A DNA stretch of 64,000 nt from Ostrea edulis. Taxonomy: Eukaryota. Of this stretch, positions 27,001 through 39,000 are shown piece after piece; the first letter of the stretch is position 1, and each line of letters begins with the position of its first letter. The DNA lies in contig NC_079167.1 of NCBI RefSeq assembly GCF_947568905.1, positions 56,544,001-56,608,000 of the forward strand, in the 5' to 3' direction. Below the pieces are notes generated by a model. It was given only the letters and a program-made list of their open reading frames with translations. It was not told the origin of the DNA and ran no database searches. A program made the translations under genes and the position numbers.

Positions 27001-30000
27001 TGGGGCACAATGGTTCTTTCATTATGTGAGCCTACTGGCCTCAAATTTTAATATCAAAAGTGATTGGGTTAATTTTTTTTGTGTGATATCATTCTGAACC
27101 TTAAAGGGACTGATTCACAATTTTCTACAAAATTTTCTATTTCACTTTTAATGATTAAAATCTACTGTCTAATGTGTTTAAAAGATTTCACATAAAAATC
27201 AAGGTTATACATTATCACAGAAGCTCATTTTAGAAAGTTATAATTATTTGTTTTGTAAACAAAGATTGGGGTATGTTATTGATTACATTTTCAAAAGAAA
27301 TGGATATTGATCTAAGTTTATTATATCTTTCACATTTCAAGCATTTTGGGGGTAAAATGTGTCATCTAAAAGTTAAATTTGTGACTGAGCAAACTTAAGA
27401 TGCTTTACATTACAAAATCAACATTTCACTTGTTTGTTTGTTTACATAAAAAGACTCGAGTCTTTGTTTACATAACACAGATTTAAGGCTAAAATATTGC
27501 TTTTATTCTTGTATTCAGAAGGTCTAAATTTTGGCTGTCAACAATAAATGAGTTATATTTTCAATGTTTAACAACAAAAATGAAAAATATTTTTATCAAA
27601 AATCGTGAACCAGTCCCTTTAAATAGTATTAAAAAGATCATCTCCAATGAATTTCTTACAATATGAACCAATGATCTGATCCTTTTAAAAAGCTAAAAAT
27701 GATAGGGTTTATAATTTGTGATTTATCATTGCTAAACATCATTTCATTGCTACATGTATTATTAAAAGGTAAAAAAATAAGATATAATCGAGAAACCATA
27801 CGTTAACAATTGTGATATGCTGACCCTAACCTTTGACCTTTTCTGACCTAAAATAATTGGAGTCATGGGAACTTGAAATATCTTCCAAAAAGCATTTCTT
27901 ACCATATCTGACCTTGCTATTTTTACCCTTTTGATCTTCATTCTTAAAAGCAATCGTTGTTTGCATGTTGTTTAACATTTCATTTAAGAATTTTTCACTC
28001 ATATAGAGATCGATGTCTCCAGCTGTAAGTGAAATGCCACAAAATTTGACATATGCATGGTGCTTACTGTCATAGTATTGAGAATTATCTGACGTATACA
28101 TGGTGTTTACCGCCGTAGTATCGAGAATTATCTAACATATGCATGGTGCATACCGTCGTAGTATTGAGAATTATCTGATATATGCATGGTGCTTACTGCC
28201 ATAGTAATGAGAATTATCTGACATATGCATGGTGCTTACTGCCGTAGTAATGAGAATTATCTGACATATGCATGATGCATACCGTCGTAGTATTGAGAAT
28301 TATCTGACATATGCATGGTGCTTACTGCCGTAGTAATGAGAATTATCTGACGTATGCATGGTGCTAACTGACGTAGTAATGAGAATTATCTGACATATGC
28401 ATGGTGCATACTGTCGTAATATTGAGAATTATCTGACATATGCATGGTGCATACCACCGTAGTATTGAGAATTATCTGACGTATGCATGGTGCTTAAAAA
28501 TTACCACCGAGTAGTGAGAGTTCTATATCATGCCAACACCTACCATGATATGGGATCTGTTTTCAAGATCTAACCCCCACACCCCCGTTGCAAAGCAAAT
28601 GCCCTAACAACTAGGCTACCATGTCTTGTCTTTAAAAGCAAAAGGGCTCATCCTTTCATTATAGAGAATAGAGATTCATCATGTGAGGTATATTTCTATG
28701 CTCAAATAGCAGATCTCATCAGAGAACCAAACCATCTCTTATAATATGTGACCCAATGACTTTTGCACTTCTGGTCCCAAAAAACAATAAAGGTCTTCCT
28801 TGAGTCAAGGAGACCATTCATGTGAAGTTTCATTGCTAAAGCTCAAATAGTATTTGAGATATCATCTGTAAACCAAAGTGTTACAGGCTAACATACCTCT
28901 ATTAATATGTACCCCCATATTTATATCGGCACCAAACGCAAAAAACTCCAGAAATTTTACTGCTGTTTTATCACGATTTCCATAATTGAAAATAAACATT
29001 CTTTTGGTCAAAACCACGAAATCTTTACTAATAATAAAACCACAGTTTTTTTTTTTTCAGTATCTTTATCAAGATTCATTGGTGTTCAAAATTAGCATAC
29101 CACAGCCGAAGTCTGCATCTGTAAGCTGACTGAGTTGTCTCCCCTTGAGATTGGCTGGACTGTGACATGCTGCGGTTGCATGGATTTTCCCTGTATTAGT
29201 CCTCAAAAAGGTGGATAACCATTTCATATTACAATCACAGCTAAGCAAGTTAGAGTCTAATCGTCTGAAAAATACCAAAATTAAAAAAGAATGAGATTTC
29301 CAATTGCAATGAAAAACCTAATCTAATTAATAGCATAGTCATGTACTTGTGAACTTGCGCATTCTTTGTATTGCAAATGCATGCCTTTGAGCAAATCACA
29401 TTGTCCTTTCATTTTTGTCTGCCAACTAAAATCTTGACAGCTACACTCAAATTAGAGTTTGATAACAGTGAACCATAATGTGGGCTACCACTTCGCGCAT
29501 TTATGTGCACTGCTCAAAGGATGAAAAGTTTTTACAACAATGCTCTCTACAACCTATCTTGCTCTTAAATTTCAAGTCATGGAGTTAACTTTCCTAATTA
29601 AAGCTTGCATCAAATTCATAAGTCTTTTGACACTTTATGTGCAAAACATGTTCGCAAGTAAAATTTTATGATAATTTCTCCCCCTATTAAATGGCTTTTT
29701 GATCAGACATAAAACATGTTTGGTGGTAAAGAGTCAAGCACTCTTTCATGTTGAAGCTTCCTCCATATTAAATCTTCTAGCCTTAAAAACTCAAAATAAA
29801 AATTCAAAATCTGTCTATCAAATGAACAAAGCCTTCAGTAATTTCAATGTTCTACATGCAGTGTCACCTGCTGGAAATTGTTCTCAATGTCAATAAAGAG
29901 CACCAAAAATAAATGTATAAATAAAAAAAAATATGAATTCACACTTTGAAGTGGGTGCAAGTTTAGGGAGGTAAAATAATTTATTCTCATCAAAGGATAT

Positions 30001-33000
30001 ACTTCTTGATTATGAATGTTTTGGTCATGTTTGTCTTCATTAAATTAATTTTTACACTATTCAATCATATTTTAACTTTTCATTTAAACATCTTCATCAC
30101 AGGCAATTATATTGTTCAGGTTCGAATTTACTATTAAAGAATATTATTGCCTGTGATCTGCATGAACAAGTGCTCATACTTCCAACAACATTCTGTCATA
30201 AAAGGGAAAACTTGGCATTGTACAAACTTAGTTTATCATAAATACCAACATTTAAATAATTAGTCTTTGGCTCATCTGAGCAGAAGCATCATATACCTAT
30301 TTGAACCTTAGGTTTTGAACAAACTTGAATCTTTGTTATATAGGCAAGCTTTCATACAAGTTTTCTTTAACTGATTCAGTGGTTCAAAACAGAGAGGTCC
30401 CACTCTGGCCAAAACAGGGGTTCACAGTTTTACACAGTAATAGTGAAAAAAAATTCTTTTAAAATTTTCTTTTCAAGAACCACAAGAGTATCATTAATCA
30501 AATCCAAAATATACTGCATGCTTCCTCATGTGATGTTGAAACAAGTCTTCACACTGTCACATGACTTCTGGAACCAGAGTAAGACCACAACAGACTCTTT
30601 GAGAGGAATTTATAGTCAAATTCTTCAAAAATCTGCTCAAGAGCCACTAGTGTGTAGATTCATGTTTGTTCAAATAATAAATGGGGGATTGCAAGCTTTA
30701 CATAGGAAACTGCTCTTCTTGATTGCCACAAGAATACGTACTATAAAATTGGTTATTTACGCTGGGGGTTAAGTACACGTTTTTCAACGTTCAACATTAC
30801 ATGTGGGGAAAAATATTAGGTAACTGAATAATATACAGTAAAATATCTGTGTCTCGAATATGGTTTATCTCGAATACCCCGCTTGAGTCGAAGTCGACCG
30901 CCGGTCCCGGCCGTTTTCCCTATATAAATGATTAAAAAAACTTCTGATATTTCGAACACAGTAATCTCGAATACTTTGCTTATGTCAAAGTATTTTCAAG
31001 GTCCCATACCCTAAATTCACCTGGTTTACCTCGAAGTGCAGTCAATTTTCCACTCTGCTTACCATACCTGGCGTAGTTAAGTCACACATTCACACCCGCG
31101 GCTACATCAATTATAATTAATGACCGCTAATCCACGCTCGCCTTTTCCGAGTAGACCCAGGTTGCAATAAATGGTTCAACAGCTTGGATGATTAGTGAAG
31201 CCTTCCAACATTACGGCTAAAGTTCACCGCCAATTATGAACTAACACACCCGATCCAGGGATGGTGTTTTGAATGACACATGCTCTATCATTAACATGTG
31301 GGTTAGATAAATGCACAAAATCGTCGAACTACACTTGAAGGTAAAGCTCTTAATAACGATAATGCATTTAATAAACACGTTTCATCATTAAAACTAGTAC
31401 AGAAAAAACACGAAAATTTATTTAATAAACATTCAAAAGTGTTTTTTTTTTAAAAATCCGTCTTTTTTGTTATTTATGTGATAGGTTCTTTCATTACAAC
31501 GCAATAACTACATCCCAGTCAAGTCTGGACATCAGTAAACTTAAAGTAAGCATGCAGGCACGATCATCTTAATTTTGAAACGCATTGTGAATTCAATTGG
31601 ATGTTTAGATATATTAAAAAAACGAAATGTTTGTATTTCAAATTCCACAATGATATGTTGTACGGTGTGACCGTTGAGACGAGCGAAGTTCATTTAAAAC
31701 ATCTTGCAACATGACTTTTATCCGCCTCTTCATTTAACGCGGGAAATATAACGCGTTTGATGTAAACAGTTACAAATTGTGACGTCATATTAGCTGCAAT
31801 GTTTTTTCTTCTCTCAAACCAAGCAAATTCAAAACGTTTGAAGCTATGAGAAAGCTTGTCTGGAATTTAAAAACGTTTATGGTACTTTCTAAACAATCTA
31901 ATTATTTTAATTACGGGATTGTCAATGAAGTATACCACAGTGACGGCGACATTTTTCCGGAGGCATTATGGGTAGTCCCCATCATTTTTCGGCTGATGAA
32001 GAGCAAACCACTTGACTCAATTGCGTAATCATTGGAGCGAGCTCGTCGCTTCGCTTCGCGACGCGAGCTTCGCTCGCTATTAATTTATCAACTTGTATTA
32101 AACTATAAGAAACGGCAACGGGGTTTTTGTTTATAATGCAAATCCCATACTATATGCATCAAATATCCTCCTTCAAAAAAAATATATCCAAGATCAATTT
32201 TGGATATCTTGAACCCCCGGATATCTCTAAGTTTTTTTGAAGTCCCTCGGACTTTGAGATAGAGATATTTTACTGTATATAATATCAAACATTTATATCT
32301 AAATGTGTGGGGGAAATTTACATGCTTATTATGTGACCATGTATATGTAATTAGTGTAAATTTCCCCACACGTAAATAACCACTTTTACAATATATGTGA
32401 AATTGATATGCAATCATACTTATGTAATGTCTACATTTAAGTTTGCTCACACCATGACCCCTGGATTCTGGATGGGGTTATAAAAGGGCTTTCAAGTGTT
32501 CCTTAGGAATGAATAGCAAAATTCTTTAAAAATCTTCTCCGAAGAACCACAAGTCTACAAATTTGTCAAATTTACATGCAAGCATGCTCTGATAGTTTCT
32601 TAACACCATGACCCCAAGCCAGGATGGATGATTTAATGTTACATGTGCATGGGAGAATGCAAGTGCTTAGGTGAGTAATATGGCCCATGGACCTCTTGTT
32701 TTTCTTATCACAGAACACTCAGATGGTTGTGGTGAACAAGTTATGTCATGCAGCCTGATACACATAATACTCACAATCTTCTTAGATAATGGGAATGTGA
32801 AAACAAAGCAGGCAGAATTGTCTGTATTTTGTTATGGTGTAAGAATCTGCAAATACAAAGCAATTATTTTTCCTGATACATGTGTTAATGATGCTATAGA
32901 CAACTTTTCTCCAGTTCAATGGCATAGATTTCACCCTTCCCTATATCTGACATGTTGTCTTTATCTGTGAGATTTATTAGTGAAATTTAATTTTTGTTAT

Positions 33001-36000
33001 GTGTATGGATGATTATTACACGAAAATATAGTTCTTACAGCAAAATGTGTTTCACACTCTCATTTGGGAGAGGGGGGGGGGGGTCGGTCCAGTAGACATT
33101 GATCCCCCATTTTGTAAATTATTCAATTTCTTATACTTATTTCATTGTCATATTATCATCAAAGAGTCACGTTCTACCAAGATTTCAACAGAACTTCCCC
33201 GAGTAACCCAAATGTATGCACTTAAAATTGTAGCATTTTAGAAATATAAATCTTTGCCATTGATCAGACTTTATCAAGCAGCAATCAGAATAGCACAAGT
33301 AGCAAATGAAATACATATTCAATCAAACATTTGATATAGCAACTGCAGCCAGTTTTAAAGCAAAAATGTGTCAAAGCAAATTCTATACATGTATATAGTG
33401 CTCATGGAAATGAAAATGTGGAAGCCAAAACACATGATATATATAACTGATGATTCCTATCGTTAATCAATCAATAACACACATTACTAATTAAATCAAT
33501 TTAACTCAAGTAATGAATTTGATGAACTATTAATAAATATATTCATATAAATACTATATTATTTATTTTTTAATAACTGTTACATGATCATTACAAATGG
33601 CAATAGATGCAGGGTACAATTATAATACAATGATCAGAATTTGATTTACAATATCTGACTGACAGATATTGATATATTGTATGAATTGGATGGCAATGTG
33701 AATAGTTTAGTGATAAGATTTCTCTGATTACATATCAAAGTGCAATATGTATTATAAGATGGCACCCCTCATTTTGTGGGCATGGCTTAATTGACATCAT
33801 TCTGTGCCAAAAATTACAGCCCGCCCCCAACCACCAGAGGCGGTTTATTTCTAAAGTGGGCAAAGACAAAATTTCATACAATAGCCCAGCAGTTGAAGGT
33901 AATTTCAACAGGCTGGTGCAGTGTACAACAAATTTCACAAATAAGCTTAATTGTTAAATTCATTAGTGTAAAAATAACAAAACTCAAAATCAGGACTAGC
34001 AGATTTTGAACAAAGCTGACAACTTTTGAGTATTACAAGCCAGCCCTGTGACTGGTTCATAATTTCATTGATTTTTCCACTCTGGCCAGAAGCACATACT
34101 TTTAACAGCCAGTAACAGTATCCCAGCCTTGGAAAGTGTGACCCTACATTTGAAAAAATATGAATTCCCTTTCGTGACTGATGCTTAAACTGTGTCAATT
34201 AAGTTCATGCTGACAGGCATGCAGACACACAGATTTATTGAAGAGCCCAGACAAACTTTGATCAGTTGAGCCAAAATAAAATTCTTATAACCATATCGTA
34301 TCTCCATTCCATATTTGCAATACAGCACAAAGACCCTGAGTAAAAGTCCTGTGTAAACCCATCACTGGAAATTACATGTAGTTAATTAGACAAATTATAT
34401 GTCCTCCTTTAAAACAAAAGTTAATTGATTTCCTTGATAGGCAACATAAAAACATTTATTGAAGAGTTCAGTATGAGGAATAACACTTTGAATACTTACA
34501 TTTGTTGAAGACTTTTTAAGTCGCTGAAAGCTTGGCTTTCTATAGATTTTATTTGATTTTTATACAAATATCTGGAATAAAAAAGAGGGAAAATCTGTCA
34601 CATTTCATTTACAAAACTACCAAAAGATTTGAAAAGTTATGATTTCTATTCCCTAGTGCAATAAATCATGTCTGAAAGAACCTTTCTTGATAATCTGGGT
34701 GATGAAATAAAATAAACTTCCTTTGGTTTTTCACAGATTGAATAGGTTTATCTGGCATTTTCAGCATCAACTTATCTTTTGAAGGCTTTCAAAAGTTTAT
34801 GGGAAATTGAAAGTCCTGAAATCAGCTGCTTTGAAAGTTTCAATCAATTCATTCTGATATTAAGGTGGATAAACACACATTAGAAAAGTTTATTCATTAC
34901 CTCCAACAAGGCGGTGTTTTGGTCTTATTTGTGCATGTGTGTATGTGTGTGTTTCCCTGTGGACAGGATTACATAAAAACTACAGTTGGGTTTCATTCAA
35001 ATTTTCACAAATGATAGGTTTGATAACTGCATGGCAAGATCTTACTGATTTTTGGGAGCAATCATTGTGATAAATAAAAGCTATTTATTCATTACAGTAG
35101 TTTGAAATGTTCATGAGCAACTGCCATTTCATTCTGGTTTAAGAGGACATGTGATGGAGTGTGGAATACTGTTTCTTAGAAATTACATGTACAACAAAAA
35201 TTAATCATTCAATTGTATCCAAATTAACAAAAGTCCAATTATTTTCAAGAAAGCAATGCCTTTGCCATGCCACAACCTATGCTTTGTAATCCTTAGTAAA
35301 CTTTTGCACCCCAATAGCAGCCCAAAGCAGTGCATGAAGGTCCAAACCAATAGCAATTGGTCACCTGAGGGATTCAGGTGACCTAAAAAGCCTGATTAAA
35401 ATGCATATACATATTGTGGTAGGTTCAATAACCTGTGACTAGATAGCTCAGTGGTTAAAAAATCAGACTAGACATTCAAGGACCCTAAGGTTCGAATCCC
35501 AGACTGGTCCATTGTATTTTTCCCTTTCTGTTAAACTTGGTGCCATAGACCAGCCCCTGGTACTGACAGGTAAAAACATCTGCCACTGCAACTATGGATA
35601 AAGATCCTGGTTGATGTCTTTGAAGTGTGAAGACATTTAATAAGGGAGGAATGTGGTGGGTAGCTAGTTTTAATTACTGAAGACCAAATAGCTTGGTGGC
35701 CTAGAGCACCTGACTAGAGATTCTGGGGTTCTGGGTTCGAATTCTTAATGGTCTGTTTCATTGCATTCTTCCCTTCCTGATACAATATAATCAAATGATA
35801 AATTGATTTCTTTGATTTGTTAAATGGGAGATATAGATTGCAAAAATTCTTTAAAAAATGCATAACCCACAGGTTATTTTATTATTAATTATATTTTTCT
35901 GCATTTTGTTTCATGTATATAATTTGAAGTATGTATAATTAGATACTATTGACCTGTAAGTTAATTTGATCGTAACATTTGAAAATCACCTGACCTTAAC

Positions 36001-39000
36001 TTAATTGTCTCCATATTTGGTAAATAATTTCCACAATGGTAAAGGGAAATAATCCAAGAAGGACACACTTTGCACACATAAAATAAACCATCAAAACGAA
36101 ATAAATATTTTTTAGATTTTTTTTATTGAATCGGAAGTTGGTCTACATGTACACTGCTTTATTACATTTGTTTGCTTCTATGTTAGCAGTTCAAAAAGTA
36201 TTTCTTGAAATGTATTTACTTATACGCAGACAGACAGCACTAAAAACCAGATCCAACTAGTTTGAAACAAAATGTGTCTTCATTGTTGCAAATGACAAGC
36301 AATGGCTTAAGCAGAAAACACACAGTAAATGTAAATATTCAACCGTAATGCACAAAACAGTTTAAAGTAAAGAGGGGATTCTTTCATGCAGCCACCTCAT
36401 CTCAATGACTATTAGATAATAGTTTGCAATATGCAGTTTCCTCTTGTCTGAAATCAGTTTCTTTATACTTAAAATCTATACGCATGCATATGCCTGGTAT
36501 TGTCAATTAAATGATGATAAAAAGTTGATAAGTGATTTCAATGAATTTATTCTAATGTTTAAATAACCCGTGCTCAGTACAATTTGGCTCAATAGCTGCA
36601 CCAAAACTTATCCATTGTGCAAGTTTTCTGAATTTGTTGTTTGGCATGGTTGCTATATATATCTGCAGTTGAATTATGGCCTTGAAAACTAAACACTTTC
36701 AAGAATAAAATTTTCAAGAGTAACAAACCTAGTTCATCAACCCAGAAACTTGCACAGTTAGAGTGCCTATAGGTTTAATAGACATATGATATCCAATTAC
36801 AGTATGCAAATATACATATGCTCTAGGAATTGATCACAGTGTAAAATGATAAAGTCCCTTTTGAATTTCTGTGATGAACTTATTTGCAAAAAAAATGACA
36901 AATATGAAAAGCTCTGAAACTTAGCACCCTTTCTCATTCTGATTAACCTTTTCATTGAACAAATGAACATCCCAAGAGCATATATGTAATTATACAAAAA
37001 CATCAGCAAGATCTACAGATTGTGCATGCATGGTTATTAGATGTAATTCAGATGTCAAATCTATTTAAAGTCCTTGTTACATATTATTTGTCATCAACAC
37101 TGAATACTCACAAATATCTTAGTTTTGATAAGCCTTCAAATGCTCCATTCTCCAAACTTTGTATCTGGTTGTTATTAATCAATCTGAAAAAAAAATTCAA
37201 AAATGTATCATGTTCTTATAATGAACAATGTATATATTTATATTTATAAAACAGGTGAAGGTTAAATTAAGGTGATTTAATCCATCCTTGTCTGGTGTTT
37301 TCTCAACAGGCTAGGATCCTTCCTATAGAAAAATTAGTTCCAACATGGTGACTCTGGATCCAAATTGGCTGACACATTTCTCTCTAAGAAGTAAGAGTTA
37401 TGTTTACATCATAACAAAATCAGATCAACCTCCATATCATCTAGAATATAGATGGTAAAGGACGTCACTTTCCCCTGTCAGTATATCAGTACAATCCTCT
37501 CATAGTACAAGAGAAAGTGTGACAGAAATAGCAATGCATGAATAATTTTTAACCAGTGTTTTTTATTTTGGTTTTATTTCAGGTTGGTCACAAATGAACA
37601 ATATTTCAATTCTGGCTCATTAGATTCAAAACTAATTTATTTGTAATTTATAGCCCTATGTTAACTGCATTAGCTTGACAATCAGAACTAGATATTGTGA
37701 ATGCCAAGCATCATAAAAGAGCCCCACTTTGTGGCATTATTTAGAGCTAGGAGACTCAAAATTGAACCCATTAATATAAGTTCATATGTATAAATTTTCA
37801 ATTCAAAATAGCTGCAGGGATAGCCAAAAAAGTCAAGAAAACTGTCAAATCCATGAAATTTGCTAAGTTCAAGGTCCATAACTCTTTCAAAAATAGGTAT
37901 TATGAAAGCCCCAACTCAAAGGTGATCCATAACCCATTGATATAATAGCAAATATGTCAATGCACGGATGCACACACACATGCACACACAGGCTAATCAC
38001 TATTTGGCTCCAGTCTACAGCATTAATGCTTAATGTAAGTTCGTGCATTAAAAAATTGGTCATATAGCTCCCGTCCTGATCCAAGGGTTTATTTCTTGGG
38101 TGACCCAGATACTTGAACTAACATTTCTGATGACATCATGGTCAACCCCATAATAAGTTCAAAGGCAACTTGTATTAAAGTCTGTGGTCTAGACAGCTTA
38201 AATTTAGTACAAAGGCCAGTTAAAGTTAAAGTATGGGTGTATAATATGATCTTTTCCTGCTTAACAAGTATAAGATAATATACAAATTATCATAACCATA
38301 AAAATCTTCAAAGTTCTAGAGCAAATTCTTTATAATTATATTTAATGCCTAGCTAAGTCTGGTTACTCTGGCAGGTAAACATATTTTTGAGTGAGATGAA
38401 AGAAAGAAAAAAATATGAACAGGTATTTGAATTTCTGCATTTTAAATAATCTAGATGAAATTTGAAGCATCCATTGTCAAATTCTTACATCATGTCAAAG
38501 GGTATCTTTGTTCAATCTGAAAGTTACAAATTCTTAATTTGCTTCTTTGTTATAATGTCAGTCTGAGTGCATATAGTTTAGATTTTATCACATGATCAAC
38601 ACTGCTGCACAAACACACAAAAAGAAAATTCCTAAGGGGTTATCCAACTTTTCTCCAGCCTTGCTTATGTCATTTTTTTATGATTCATCCCAGACACTTT
38701 CTTCTTTCAGGGCCCCAAAATAAATGCTGATGTGAGTTGCACCTTTGTTGATTTCCTGGAATGTCAGCCAGTTCATTGATAGATTATGAGTTTGAGTTCT
38801 TTTACACTGTAGCTTGATAATAGGCCTGGGGATACAAAGTTTACTTGGTCACTTTTATGGTAGCCAATTTATCTGTGTCCTATACCTGCCCTATAATGAT
38901 TCTACCTTCATTGATAAGCTGTTGAAGTTTTTCTTTGGTCAGCATGTCTTGCTATGCTCTTGACCTCTAACAAATGCCTTTTGTCAGGCACTTTATTTGA

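Noticed and set aside
28046-28496. CRISPR-like periodic repeat
   Set aside because: Units are contiguous with no unique spacers, the context is a eukaryotic intron, and there are no cas genes.
30836-32275. Autonomous transposase or Rep/helicase coding capacity in the TEs
   Set aside because: No long ORF or catalytic motif was seen in this or any other element in the window; all appear non-autonomous.
33650-33721. 72-nt open AG...GT segment at the position expected for a fifth LRR exon
   Set aside because: The translation [23 protein letters not shown] lacks the LxxNxL...F..L consensus, and the acceptor has no pyrimidine tract.
35415-35784. Interpretation as a SINE dimer
   Set aside because: There is no A-rich or simple-repeat tail; TG...CA ends, PBS-like and PPT motifs and a 4-bp TSD fit an LTR structure better.
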